Shown here piece by piece: positions 41,589 to 56,000 of a DNA stretch of 64,000 bases. The notes under the pieces were generated by a model that saw nothing but the letters and a program-made list of their open reading frames with translations, was not told the DNA's origin and searched no databases. A program made the position numbers and the translations under genes. How positions within the stretch are numbered: the first letter of the stretch is position 1; every line of letters begins with the position of its first letter. This stretch comes from Bugula neritina (Eukaryota > Animalia > Bryozoa), in the NCBI GenBank assembly GCA_964035545.1, contig OZ037772.1:9913150-9977149 (forward strand), read 5' to 3'.

Positions 41589-43169
41589 CTAAATTTTCGT
41601 CCTTGGCACTGGTCGAGATTATAGAACAAAAACTTGTGATATTGCGGGCGACGCTATTTATGAGCAACTGAAGAGAACTCTTCCGATGTTAGAAACGACG
41701 TGAATTGGTCGGAATTACCAGAAATGATGTGTTATTGCGCATTAAATTTTTATGTTCCTGATGTCGTCAAATAAGTACCCTCCTGCGACTAAAACATTTG
41801 CAATTGTTCATTATTATCATGCAGTACTAGTTATGTTAAAACATTATTTGTCATTTTGATTTTGTGTGATTGTAATTGACTATTGGAATACGATACTAAT
41901 TAATTCGTAGTTGTACTTGTACAACTATCTGTAGTTGTAATCAGTACTCGTCTGTAATGATTAACTTTGAGGAGTAATGACTAATGTCAATGATTATTCA
42001 TTAAGTCTAATGAGTTAATCAGTTTCACTTTACTTTTACTTTTAGTTTTAGTCTTTGAGTTTACGCTTAAGTTTCACAAATTATTTTATGATAATAATAT
42101 CAATTTCAAAATGCTTCTTTTAGTCTAGCTGTATCCACTTGAACTTCAATTGAAACTTTAGGCCTAGTTTAAAATCTAAAAGTTATTCTCATTCTCAGAA
42201 TGATTCTGTAATCGTGTGACTTTCAACTTCGGCCCTATCAAGATGATCATGAATCATCATGATAATCATGATGATCATGATCATGATAATCATGATGAAG
42301 CTGAAAATAGCATTAAAAGTATGATGCCCATTAGGCAATAATGATGTTATCATTATGCTATAAATTCACAGTGATGTGTAACATTTATATTTGAATTCAG
42401 CTTTCAACTGCCACTACTATTTTACCGATTGAGAATAAAAATATGATAGTTATATAGTTTAGGTTATGCTGTAATTTAGTATTATCAAATTATGTTATTT
42501 TCAATCTAATATAGGTTAACTAACTGATTGTTGTTGACCGTTAATTTTCAGGCTCATATCTTCAATCAGCTTGAGTATCTGTAGTAACTAAAATAGTAAT
42601 AAATATCAAATGACACTGACACTGATACTCATAGTTAGTTGCATAAGTGACAACGTTTTCATAATGCTTGTACTTGTAGGTATAAGCTTTGAAATACTAG
42701 TAGATGTAGGAAGTAGAGGCTTCAAAGGTACTCTGAAGTCCAAGTTTGATGATAATTTCATGGTGTTGGTGTTATTTTTGCTAATATTTAAAACAATTAA
42801 AATATACGTGTTTCAGATTATATACTCTTGAGTGACTGAAATAGGTAATCAGCTATTGTAGTTGATGTCATTTTGCTTCATCATTATTGTTTTAGTTATT
42901 GGAATAAACAAGCTTCTCATTCCCTTTTTGTAATGCTAATAGAGTTCTGGAGTTATGCGATTCTATAAAATTGTATATATGAAGTTTTATTATCGTCTCT
43001 AAAGCTGTGTGCATACCAAGACACATTGTTTTCACATACCTAACAACCGACTAATCCTTATATCGATACTATGACCAATGTGAATTAATAATTTTAATAT
43101 TTGCTTTAATGTAGATGCGGAACTTACAACTATACTGCTAGCACACCGTCATTGAGTGAAGCACTTACA

Positions 43170-46100
43170 ATGGATTTGTCTGTTTCCACAAAAAGACCAC
43201 CGCCGAAGACAGACTCAGATTTAAAAGGTGATAAACTCTAATGCTTAATATTTACTGCATATTTACTTGAATTAATTTATAACAAGCTGCAAGTATTTTT
43301 TTGGGAATTTTTTATTTTCCCACTTGGTGCTTTTTATGCAATTTTTAAGTCCAGGATTTTAATCAAATTTGTTTCCTGCATTTGTGCTAATATTTTACTC
43401 TTCTCGGTTTTCCCTGAGATGTTTGACATACTGCGCAAAGTGTCAGACAACAATGCTTTGGGTTCTAGAAAATGAATCATTGGTTGATGCACAAGTCACA
43501 GAAGTGCAACAACAGCATTGATTCACTGCTTAGAAAAATTAGCTAATTAGTTAATTGAGTAAAGTAGTTCTTAGTAAAATAGTTATAACTAGACCAGGTC
43601 ATGTAATGGTAATCATAATTTTACATGTTATGCTTCTGTTTAGTAACTTGTAGTTTAGTAAATTCAATGTGTTGTTATTTCAATTTAAATGTATAATTTG
43701 TAATATTATATTGACAGCACATGATGCTTTTGGTGCAGCGCTTCCTGTGGATTCATCTACTTCTGCAAAGAGACCAAAACTGCAGAGTAACTCGAGTATA
43801 GCAGGTGAGATAAGTTATTGCTTAGTATTTACACTCTCTGAATTATGAATTTTAAGTAAGAAACAAAGTGTGTCTTTTTCAGTATTTTCTACTGCCAATT
43901 GTCACTTATGTTATTAGCTTAAAGATCACTAATTCTATTTGACATAGAGACATATGTACTAGCTTTAGGAATACATATACTATAATAGATGATCAATAAA
44001 TAAAAATGTTGAAGCATTGCGCAAAGCTAAATTATATGGAAACTTCGTGTTTTAAGAATTCTTGTCATTTCATGTTATGTATTATATTATGCCTTTATAA
44101 AAAAGTGAAATACATTATACTGAATATAATTAGTACGTTTTTCAAGCTTGTTTTTTAATGTAAGATAACAGAGAGCACTTTCAGATTCTATTCTCTAATA
44201 GTTAGACTTGTGATAACTATAACGAAATATCATTGCTTCAACAGTTGTTCAGCGTAATTTCTTCTGTAAAAGTATTGTGTACTAATACATTTTAAAACAT
44301 TTTTGATGTGAGCAACCTTATGATTTTTTTTCTCATTTATCTCAGCTTTGTCCTGTTAGGGTAGCAGGAACAAATTCACGCAAGTTTATAGCCACTATCC
44401 CTGTGAGAAACTTATGATATAAGGGGTTTTTTGTTAGATCGGGCTAAGGACAATGGTTCATATGAGACACAGGAACAATTATGACTGGATTCTCTGCTTA
44501 ACATCACCAATGGTAGTTGTTGGTATATATCGCAGCAAAAACAATTTCCATGTTAGCAGGTCTACATTTCTTTATAAGATCAGGTTTATTACAGAGAACT
44601 GCATGTACAGTGTTTACATTTTACTGTGTTAGTGTTTTCATTAAATAGATGGTTTGCATACTGAGCAAAGGTTGGTTTTTGTATCATATAGAACTTCCCG
44701 GTTGAAATTCACTGCATTTAACAAGTTTGCTGTATAAAATTATATTTAACGTTTTAGTACCACACAACAAACTTCTGGGTTCTGGATCTTTTGGAGCAGT
44801 ATATACTCATGTTGATTGGATTACTAAACAAGTTTGGGCAGTGAAAAAGGTTGACCTTGGCATGGTTGCCAGCTCCTCTTATCAAAAGGTGAAATTGTTC
44901 ATATCAAATAAGTGGTTAAATAACATGAAAATACAAATCTGCTTTAATAGAGAATGTTTTATAACTGCCAGTAAACTGCAAATAATAATATTTATTATAA
45001 ATCTTAATTGTGCACTCGAGTAAAGTTAGTCTTGAACGTACTCCGATATTTTAGCTGCTTATTAAATTGACTGAGTTGTAGTTAGAGATATTTCTGTTCT
45101 TCACAGCTAACTATAATGTTTATCTAAATTCTACATGTTTGGCATTCTATGGTTATTCTAAGAACTTATTTCTAGAAAATTGATCATGCGATGAAGGAAG
45201 TGAAAATGATGGAGAAGTTGAAAAATCATCATAGAGTAGTCAGCTATATTAAACATGAGTTGGTTCCACATAAGCTACATCCAGGTAGAGCTTATAATGC
45301 TTATAATATTTGAGATAGCCTTTCTACAGGTGTGATTACATAAAAAATAAACTCAATTACTTAATTCTGACAATTTGATAAAATGTATTGCTTTTTATGC
45401 TTAGTCACCACGTTTTGTGAAAATCTACTTTAAGCCATCTTGTTTACTTGTCTAAAACTTGCATACACTTACAGATGGCTACTTGCTAATAAAACCTTCT
45501 AAAAAATTATTTAGATATTTGTGTGTGAGCGTGCGTGCGAGTGCGTGCGTGCGTGTGTGTGTGTGTAACTAATACTACCGGTTTCATGTGCGTGAATTGC
45601 TTTTGACTGCAAATATGAAATGTGATCTTCACAGCCTTTTAAATTGGTTGAACTACTAGTTTTACCCTTTCTTTTATTTTTTAACCAATTATTATCTCTG
45701 CTCTGAAATGTCTGCCTGTTTTTTCACATATGTTAATGCTATTGTTTTATCAACATCTTCAATCTCTTGTGACAGAGATACAGGTTCTGTGTATATACAT
45801 GGAGTACTTGCCTGGGGGCTCAGTGAGTAGTCGGTTAGATGCATCTGGTGCCTTCTCTGAAAAGGAAACGAAGCGCTGCATGAGTCAGCTTCTGGAAGGT
45901 CTTTCTTATCTTCATAGCAGACGTCTGATACACAGAGATGTGAAAGGTGGTTAAATTATTATTTGTTCATAGGCATCAAGGTGTTGTAATTGTTTACTGT
46001 ATACATCTACTAATTTTTTTTTTTATTTGTCAATAATATTGTTTACATCTTTTTTCAGGGTCAAATGTTTTATTCGATGCTAATGACAACCTCAAACTGG

Positions 46101-49100
46101 CAGATTTTGGTGTATCAAAACAGTTGAATGAACTATCTACATTCTCAGCTCGTACGAACACCGGCCAAATAGGAACTGCTAAATGGATGGCGCCAGAGGT
46201 CGTTGCTGATGAAAAATACAGTAGAAAAGCAGATGTTTGGTTTGTGTTTGTTTTAAAACAGACAGGTGCCCTACAAAACCTCAGAAGTTGTCAGCATTAA
46301 TTACATAATTGAACTGAAACACATTATGCATAAGAGTTTAAACAGATAACACACATATTGTAACGTCTTATTGAGATGGTCCGTATTCTATAGAGTTCGG
46401 AAACATCAAACAAACTGATCAAACATTTATTGAACAGCTTTAGCTAGTTATAGAATTGTTTTTCACTATTAAAATGGTTTTAAAGTAAAAATATTATAGT
46501 CTCAAGTTAATCAGTCTTTTATTAGATCAGCAAGTCACTCTAACATTAGGTTTATCTGGAGTGCTTTGCAAGTATTTTTAGTATTTTTTAGCATATTTCT
46601 TAAGCTAACATTAATTGTAGGAGTGCAGGAGCTACAATGGTAGAAATGCTCACAAAAAACCCGCCGTGGCCCAAATTGAAATCAGTTCAATGGACATTTA
46701 AGATTAATCAAAAGCAAAAGCCAGAATATACTCTGCCCCCATCAACTAGCCAGACAGCCCGGAACCTTCTAACTGACATATTCAACTATGATGAGAAGGC
46801 TCGACCCACTTCAGAGCAGTTGCTGGCCCATCTCTGGTTCAAGACACTAGATGATGGTAAGCTGGTACAATCTAGCAAATACTGTTGTTGCTATAAATAG
46901 TATCATTTCAGATGCAGCATATCAAGTGTGAAGTCTCTTTCTACATGTAGTATGCAAGTACCGCTGAAACTGCCCGTTTTGTTGTAACCTGTAACCCTCT
47001 GTAAGTTCAACTTCAACCTGTCCGTAACTGGTCTGGTAGTATAGTACTGGATAAGGGCTTACTCCACTCTGATAATATTAATTTAGTGCTGCAAATATTT
47101 AAACTTCTCTATATTTATAACATAAAAATCATGTAGCTAAAGCGTTTTCACTATAATAGGTTTGTAACACTTTTATGGACTTTCCCCATGTATCGTGGCA
47201 CCAGAAATAGTTGCATGCTTCATTAAAACTTAGACCTATAACTCAACCAGCCATATTACAGGTCAATTAAAAAAGCTTGTGTAAGTTGTGCTGCAACGTC
47301 TCAAAATAAGCCTAGCCTATCAGATTGTAGAACAAAAATGTAAAAAGTTATTTTATTTCAATGCTAAGAGCTGCAGCACAAGTGGTAAACCAACACTTTG
47401 CAGTTGCTATCCTTTGTTTAATTATTATAATTAGTAATTACTGATTGCCTATTTTCAATATATTTTTTTGTTGAACTTATGCCGTGCTATAAATTGTTCA
47501 TATTTATAGCAAATGTGTTGCATCGGCTTGTCTGCATTGTTGTAGGTTATTCTGGTACTTTGAATAATTAATTCATTGTAATTATACTAGTCAAATGTGA
47601 TTATCACATATAATATATCTATATCTGAAGTGTTGTGGTGATATGTTCCATCAATTTACTGAAGAAAAATTTCAATAATTAGAAGCTTTCAATTATTGGT
47701 TATTCGTGTAGGTCTTTCAGTTATACACAATTGATCCAGCCTATACAGTTTCGTGCAGCTGTGTGTATACTGCTTGATATGCCTGCTTCTTTGATAGCCT
47801 TTGTGTTCTTTGCAACCTGTAGTCTATGTTATGTCTCTTTTTAGTGTGTTCAGTTCAGTTAGTTGTGCTAAAATTCTGGTCTGTTTCAACAGTCTATAAT
47901 TCATCGTTGTTCATTTTTTCCATGGCATCTCGTTTCTACTATTTTGAATAAGTGTATCCATAGCTAAGATATATACATTATTCTGTATTTTGGTAGCATA
48001 TGATAAACCCTCTACTTCAATCATTAGATCAGGTCCATTTCAAGATTTTTGAGTACAGTCTTTATAATAATGTTGTCAAATCTGGCAAGTGCTCACAAAG
48101 TAAAATTAAAATACTTGTATGTTACAAAAGGAAATGGTCACTAAAACTAGCATAAGCTCTTACAACTCTAATCCTCACCAGCAGTTTTGTATATTGGAAT
48201 GCAGCGTTTAATAAGCAGGCTTATTGACAGTAAAGCACCTACTATTACATCTCCCCTCATGCTTTCATTACACAATGACTGAAAGACTTTGCTTTGAATA
48301 AAGCCCCAAGGTGAATGGGGATGTACATAGGACCACTTTTATACTCCTATATAATTTTCTTACTACTAAACCATGCAACTCATTGTAATTCTTCATATAT
48401 TACTCTTATTAATATATAGACCTGAAGGTGGAGATGGAGAAGGAACCTGTAGCTGAAGGCAGTGCAAGTATCTCCTCTGAACGAAGATCACCCCTTATAG
48501 CAATAGAACCAATAGAGACTGTATCTATTAGAGAACTCGTGTATTCTGTCCATATTTGTAATGGCATTACATATGTTGGAGGTAACAATGGTGTAAAGAG
48601 AGTCAACAGAAGTTATGAAGTAGCTGAGAACTTTCTTTTTCGTATTGAGGCCGGCTCTGTGAGTAGTATCTCAGTACATAATGATAGGATATATACTCTG
48701 TCTACTGGCTATACTGTGAGAGTTCATGACCTTGAAGGGAGGTCCATTACCAGCTGGACTCATACAGATAAATCAAAGTGGACAAGTCAGCTTGTCATCA
48801 TAAACAATCAGATAGCTATTCCTGATTGGCTAAATAAGACTCTAGTATTCTTCTCTCTGAATGGGGAGGTAGTAAACACTTTACCCTGTCCTCTACTCAC
48901 TGATGTTTCTGTACGTCTGTCTGCTGCAGATAATAACTCAGTTATTATATCTCAGTATCACTCATCTCTAGTATACAAAGTAGACACCTCATCAGGTGAC
49001 ATTATCTGGCAGTGTAAGGATGTGGCTAAACCTAGTGGAGTGACCTGCTATAGAGATGAGTTTGTACTTGTGGCTGATGGTACTAAACCTACCACACTCT

Positions 49101-49462
49101 GTGTACTATCATTACATACAGGTTAGTTGTCTTGATATGCATGCAGTTGCATATGTTCGCCATGGTTATTAGTATATTATATGAAAACTAAAATCTAACA
49201 TATACAACACATACAGAGAGTGGCCCTATTGAACCATGATTCCTACTGCATGTTAACTGCATTATTTTATATACCAGTAAATATTATTTTGACTTATACA
49301 TATAGCCAACAGTAGTCATGTGATTGTTACGCAGGGCAACTTCTACACAGAATACCTTTCGAAGATTCCCGTGCTATCATACCAGATCTACACACAGCTG
49401 GTTCTACTTTGGTGGTTGCCGGATCATGGATGCGCCAAGTAAAATTCTATAGAATAAAGTGA
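43170..49462 (+). CDS. MEKK2/3-like (STE11 family) Ser/Thr kinase fused to a C-terminal NHL-like beta-propeller, about 600 aa; exons 43170-43227, 43718-43804, 44758-44888, 45176-45284, 45776-45946, 46059-46239, 46621-46856, 48420-49121, 49335-49462
   Basis: All catalytic motifs are intact: LGSGSFGAVY, AVKK, KEVKMM, MEYLPGGS, IHRDVKGSNVL, LADFGVSK, GTAKWMAPEV, KADVWSAGATMVEMLTKNPPW. The last kinase exon ends in phase 1 with no stop, and the next phase-1 exon encodes beta-strand repeats (SISVHNDRIYT, QLVIINNQIAIPD, PSGVTCYRDEFVLVAD). The start codon is tentative because the frame is open upstream to the acceptor at 43114. An extra small linker exon is possible. Confidence 0.85.
44375..44515 (-). 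mobile_element. tRNA-derived SINE, family A, 5'-truncated, reverse orientation
   Basis: AATTATGACTGGATTCTCTGCTTAACATCACCAATGG is the reverse complement of the family core. Confidence 0.75.
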
Positions 49463-51315
49463 AGGTAAACTTACAATTTGTGTAAAGAAATAATATGCTG
49501 CTATATCTGTTGCTAAAATTGCAAACCATAATTATTATCTATTTGAATTGCTATTTTACTCTTTAAGTATATTTGTTTGACTTTTCTCAGCGAGTTTTGT
49601 TGAGCTTCTAGCTTAGAGGTATGTTCACTCAACATATATTCAGTTTCAACAGTTTGCATATTTTGCATTGTTTGCAAGGTGTTGTAGAACTATCACCTTG
49701 ACAAGTACAAGGATATATTTATAAATGAAGCTGTGAATTTCAACTCACTAATAATTTTGTCAGATTTTACTTTTTACGCAATATTCAATACTCAATATCC
49801 AATACTCAATATTTATTATTCAATATTCAATATTCGATCAATACTCATTATTCAATATCTACTTATACTCAATATTTAATACAAAGTATCTCTAAAAGTT
49901 TATTTGGTGCTCACTATTTGTAACTCCTATTTCGTTCTGTTTTAGAACTGGGTGACTATAGGAGTTCTGTTCGAGAGTAAAACTATTTGTTTGTCGGCTC
50001 GAAGTTGTCTCCCTATTCACTTTCAGATGCAGACAACTTCTATGAAATTCCACATTAACTCTCTTTCCCTCGTTTTCATTCTTTTAAATTTTAAAATTTC
50101 TAAACTTCATAGATATAATATCTTTACATTGACTTTGTGTAACGCAACAAATTTTTATCACGTATGTCTTCTAGTAGCTGTTGGATCTTTGATATGTTTA
50201 TGTTATATCATCGTAAACTAATATTTGTGTGATTATTAAATCCTTAGTGTTTTTATGAATGAAATTCATAACATTTTTCTATTCTCATCAATAAATACTA
50301 TAATATTTTATTCTTTTTTATTTAGAACCATGCGTATTTTAATTTTTAACTTCTGTTTAATGCATTATCATTTGTATATATTGTTTAACATTGACATGCA
50401 GTAACTGTTACTTGTTGGAGTTGAGTTTCAAATAAATACTATTTCATTTATAATTATTTTGATTATAATTCTGTATTTCATCATTTGTACATCTTATATA
50501 GCAAATTTAATATACTCACATTGCTGCTATTTATTGAAATTACTAACATTCAACTGAATCTCATTTATGTGTGCATGAAGGTGCATATTATATAATGTTC
50601 TACTCTAAATTACTGCTAAATTTTAACGCCCTTATGCTGTTGAGTACAATTCAAATCTCTTTACCATATTATGATGAATCACCACTTACAGTATATAGAT
50701 GAAAATATTATAAAAAAATTAAAATACTTCAGTGCAGCTCATTGCAATGGTTTACAGAATATATAGTCTTAGCATAAACAAATAATTTGTGTTCAATATA
50801 TACTGTTGAGTTTGTGAAATGAGATGTTATATCTCCGAATTCTTGTAATAGCTACACTCCTCCAAGACAGGCTAGGGTTATTAATTTACAGATTTGAAAG
50901 TGAGCACACAACTCCTGTTGTCTGTTGGTCATTCATTAAAAGTTGCGTTCTCATTTCAATCATTGTTTATGAGCAGACAATTCATATATGATAGATAATA
51001 AAACAGCTCACAGTTGGGCAATATTTTCTAACCTACTTTTTTAATAATTGCTGCATCAACTACATTATACCACAAAGCTCCTGTTACAAACAGACATTCT
51101 GTTCAAATTAAATATCAATTATAAAGATTTATCAAAGACAATTTTATCTGTCTGATTTAATAGAATTGCTCCCCTTGCTACAGCTATAATATAGAAATAG
51201 GCAGTTTTAACTAGATTTTGTGTTGATGGAAATAAATATATTGCAGGCATTATTTTAGCTTTTTGAGCTTTCCATCTAAATTAAGGGCTGTTGTTACTTT
51301 GTGATTTCAAAAGGC

Positions 51316-51738
51316 ATATGGGTCATTTTACTTAATTTAGTGCATGCTGAAATCTCCAGTTTTTAGCTATTTTTCACAATTTAAATGGTAATGAGCATGG
51401 ATCTTTGCCCAAAACTAGTAAAACACCAATAAATACACCAAAATAATCACGGTTCTTCTTAATTTTGCATCATTTCCCATTTTTTTTCTTATTTATTTAT
51501 CAGGAGTGCTGACCGTTACGAAAAAACTGTAACGGTATGTAACCAAAAGTAGCCGAAAAATTAGGAAAAAACATGGGAAATGAACCAAAATTAAAAAAAA
51601 GTTTAATCATTTAGGTGTAATTATTGGTGTTTTATTAGTTTTGATCAAAAACCTATGTTCATTAGCAGTTAAATGGTGAAAAATAGCTAAAAACTAAAGA
51701 TATCCAGTGTGTACTAAATTAAGTAAAATGACCCATAT
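51316..51738. mobile_element. MITE or foldback element (about 420 bp) with long imperfect terminal inverted repeats
   Basis: ATATGGGTCATTTTACTTAATTTAGT ... ACTAAATTAAGTAAAATGACCCATAT. The arms pair imperfectly over roughly 180 bp. Ends are TA/ATAT and there is no ORF. Confidence 0.85.
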
Positions 51739-53060
51739 TGAAATAAAAAAGAGAAAGAAAAGACACGCAACCAAATTTGATTGTATAAAATATTAATATG
51801 CTGAATTTGCTTATATGCAACATGCAAAATATAAAAAGCATTAGTCTTATAATATTGACGTATATATGGTACAGTTTAGTATAATATGTTATAGGCTAAA
51901 GTCTAATCTTTACAGCTTGTATATAGTTGTAGGTATAACTGTAAAAACTATAGACATCTATAGTTTAGAAACTAATAAGCATAATAAGTCTGAACACAGT
52001 TTTAATCACAAACTATAATATATTTTATTTTATTTTTTTTTGTACGTATATAAAACTATGCAACTGATGAAAGCTAAAAACAAACCTTGTTATATAATAG
52101 TGGCATCAAACAAGTAAAAAATATGGTGAAAATGAAAAGCATATTATTTTAAAATTTTACAACATTTAGCTACATTTCATGTTATGTAATACTGTGGCAT
52201 TCTAAAATAATTGAAAATGCAATAAAAAATTGAGTAACCATATAAAAAAATTGATCGACAAAAAAAGCTTAAAGATAACAATATCACAGGCAAGAAAAAT
52301 ACAAAAAAATTAAAATAAAGTTTTCAGCAACAAAGTAAATAATATAAGCATTTTATCTTACATTTGAATGGGCGGAATACATTATTGGAGCTGTTATAAC
52401 TATGCTGTAACTCATCACACTCAACTGCTACAAACAGCTAAGCTAAGCAAACTATTTTCATAAGATATTTAGATTTGATACATTAAAACTGTCATATGCT
52501 ATAACCTAACCAATCAGATGGCATCTAAATTCTGCTTTCAGGAAAATAATATTTGCCTTTAACTTAAATATATAAAGGCTATGTGTACCTTTTCATAGGC
52601 ATCAAGTTTTATGTGCTGCCATCAATCAGGTTTTTTTTTACAAAGTATTTACAATCCTGTTGCTAAGCAACAAAAACAAGCTGTTGGCATACATGTTTAA
52701 AAGAGCTGAATAGTGTAATTTAATAAACTAGATAACTGTGATACCCAACACAGCTGGCATTATGACTGAGACAAACAAACAGGTGATGTACAATACTTGA
52801 TAATCAAAATTTCATATATGCTAAAACCTTATCGATCAGATCCTACTTGCATGGCAGAGCATCCCAAGCTTTTCACAAAGCAGAAAGAAGTTTATAACAA
52901 GTCCTCAGCCAGATGAGAACTATCATTGATTGTGTAGAAAAATGAGATGACTGGTTAATAAGAAATATTAGAAATGATTTACTCTCAACAGGTTTAGACT
53001 TGTCTGATATCAAAATAATGCTGCAGTCCGGCAGATGCTTCATCCTCCCCCACAGCTAGT

Positions 53061-56000
53061 CTAGTTTATTTCATAGACTTCAACAGTTTGACTCCAGTAT
53101 CTGGCCATCACCAGAGTGGAGTCTATGATACTCAGACTGTGTACGTAGCCATCTCCTCCTATTGATATTCTAGATAGCACCTGTCCTGTAGAAAGCAATT
53201 TTAATTCTGTCAGTCCAAGTTATTTATTTTACCACCAAATTTATTCATGATAAAGATGATTGCATTACTACAATCATATTAAATGACGATGCTAACTTGC
53301 ATGTTTGCCTTATTACATTTTTTATTGTAATGATATAAAAAGCTTTTAATTTTTAAAATGTATATCTGTAAACAGATCATTTTCAATGAACATGGATACA
53401 TAAAATTATCGTCTCGCTTTTACCTCTATAGTTGCCTCCATAAACAGAGATTGTTAATTACTGAGTGCTTCTAATTAAAAAAACAGTTTTAGTTAATGTG
53501 AGCAAACCATAAGAGAAAAAATACTAGACCAAATTTTAAAACTCGCCCCCTTCATCATACTTTAGAACTTTTGCAGCAATGAGCTACAAGTAATAATTAT
53601 TTATAGCGTTGTTTAGCTGCAAAGTTTTAATAATTGAATAATATATATTTTAGTATAATATGCAAACTCTGCATGTTACAATATCAAAGCAACACTGACC
53701 TGTATCTAAGGATAGGACGCAGAGCTGGTGTGAGGAGCTGTTATTCTCAATTACAAAGACAAACATATCTTTATAACAAGTCATTCCAATTGGGTTTATC
53801 AGCTCTCTACATTTCCAGGCAATTTTACCATTTGACAGTCCAAGCTTGATTATGAGAGTTGAGCTTTCCTGAGATATGATGACAGAATTACTATCAGCTA
53901 TGCATATTCGGGTTTGAAGTTCTTTAAGAAAAACACAGGGCAAAGTTTTTTTTACCTCTCCATTCAGAGAGTAGAATACTAGTGTTAGATTGGATCTGTC
54001 TGGAATAATTACTCGATCTTTAGTGATCACAAGTTGATTCAGCCAACGTAGTTTATCACTGTGCGACCAACTGTCTATTAAGTCACCTTGAAGATTGTAC
54101 ACATTAACAAGTGATCCGATATGCAAGATGTAGATTTGATCATTATATACAAAAACACTGCTAATCCTGTTTAGTGGAGTCAGGATAAAAGGAGAGGGTT
54201 GTGCTATCTGTCTTGTACAAAGGGCTATTTTGTAAATATTTCTTTCACATCCGACATACACACTACTCTCGTATGTGTTAACAGATATGCAGCCTGCTGA
54301 AAACCGTATGCCATGGATGAAATCTATGGTGTTGGGGTGTGAACAAGAGGTCAAAGGTTGAAGGTCAGCTTCGGCTCCTATTTGAAAAAATGAAAATAAT
54401 AAAAATGTGTAAATTATTCAAAAATCTTGAAATATTGACGGAACTTCCAGCTTTCAAAATCAACCTAGCTCTAGCAAATATGATGCATTGGTTATGTAAT
54501 ATTACATTCCGTCATTTAAATTTTTTTGTAAATTAAATGCTTTGAATATCAAATATGTTTTTCTTTTTGATTATGTAATTAACTTTAAAGGACAGGCTTG
54601 AACACAAATCAGCATAACTCAATGAGCTTTATCATTTCAATATCCGGCTTTTTGATATCAGATATTAATGGTAATTTTTCAGAAAATGATGGAAATTACA
54701 ACAAAATAGGTTTGAAAACTAAATATTGGCATTCGGTTCACTTAATTTTAGAACTTTAATATTTAATTCTATTTTATTAGATGGGTATAAAAAAACTTAA
54801 GACATGACAACTCTTACCGTAAGCAGTCTCAGTACTTCCTGTATGAAACCAGGGATGTTTGAGCAACATGCCAGCTGTGGGTCTTCTATACTGATTGTAG
54901 TTAAACGTGCTACTAAGAAAATGTCTTGGAGCTTCACTTATTTCAGACTGAAGCTTGTAATCAGGGGGTGCTTTTTGGCTAATTTTAAAAACCCACTGTT
55001 CCACATTGTACTCTGACCATGGTGGGTGCCGGCTAAGCATTTCTACCATTGTAGAACCCGTGCTCCTGTATAGCGAGACATAACATGAAGATATTGTAGT
55101 GCTTACATATAAATGTACAATTGGCAATTTATATAATTTTCAGCAGCTTCAATTACGCTACAATATCGGACTGTGCAAAATAGAAATTAAAACATTTTTC
55201 ATTACAATGAGTAGTGCTGAAACACTTTAAAAAGTATATAATGATAAAAAGATGCAACCTGAGCTCATAAAAGAAAATAATAAGAATATTTTTATATAAA
55301 TGGAAATTGGTGGTTGTCCTGTGAATGGTTATGGTATGAATGGTTATGGTATGAATGGTTAAATGGTATGCGTGGTTATGGTATGAATAGTTATGGTATG
55401 AATGATTATGGTATGAATGGTTATATTGTATGAATAGCTATATGGTAGGAATGGTTGTATGGTATGAATGGCTATGATATGAATGGTTATGGTATGAATG
55501 GTTATATGGTTCGAGTGGTTATGGTATAAATGTTTATATGGTTTGAGTGGTTAAGGTATGAATGGTTGTGGTATGAATGGCTATGATATGAATGGTTATA
55601 TGGTTTGAGTGGTTATGGTATGAATGGTTATGATAATACCTTCATAGTACTGCATCACCACCAGGCTAGGCTAGTTGGTAATTTATGCAAAAATAGTTTA
55701 AAATCAGAACATATAATGAAAATTAGACAGTTGATTAGTAGACAATTATGTTGAACATGTATCTAACCATATATCAGCCTTTCTACCATATTTTTCACAA
55801 GCAACGACTTCTGGAGCCATTCATTTATCCGTTCCAACTTCTCCAGTATTTGTACCAACTATTGTACTTGAAAATGTAGAGAGTTTTTCCAAATGTTTCG
55901 ATACGCCAAAGTCTGAAATCTTTATGTCTCCATTTCTAGCTAACAGGATATTTGAACCTGCAATAATAATATCGTTCCAGAATAAAATTAATTATTTTAT

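Noticed and set aside
41800-42900. AGT/ATG-rich low-complexity tract and the 73-aa hydrophobic ORF at 42610-42831
   Set aside because: Degenerate simple sequence, similar to tracts inside the transposon, with no splice or homology support for coding.
47997-48032. Possible small phase-1 linker exon in kinase gene 1
   Set aside because: The acceptor is plausible but the donor (GTCCAT) is weak, and the exon is not needed to keep the frame. Left out pending RNA evidence.
55821-55823. In-frame TGA as selenocysteine
   Set aside because: It replaces the conserved Trp of WMAPE rather than a Cys, and I saw no SECIS element; a nonsense mutation is the simpler reading.
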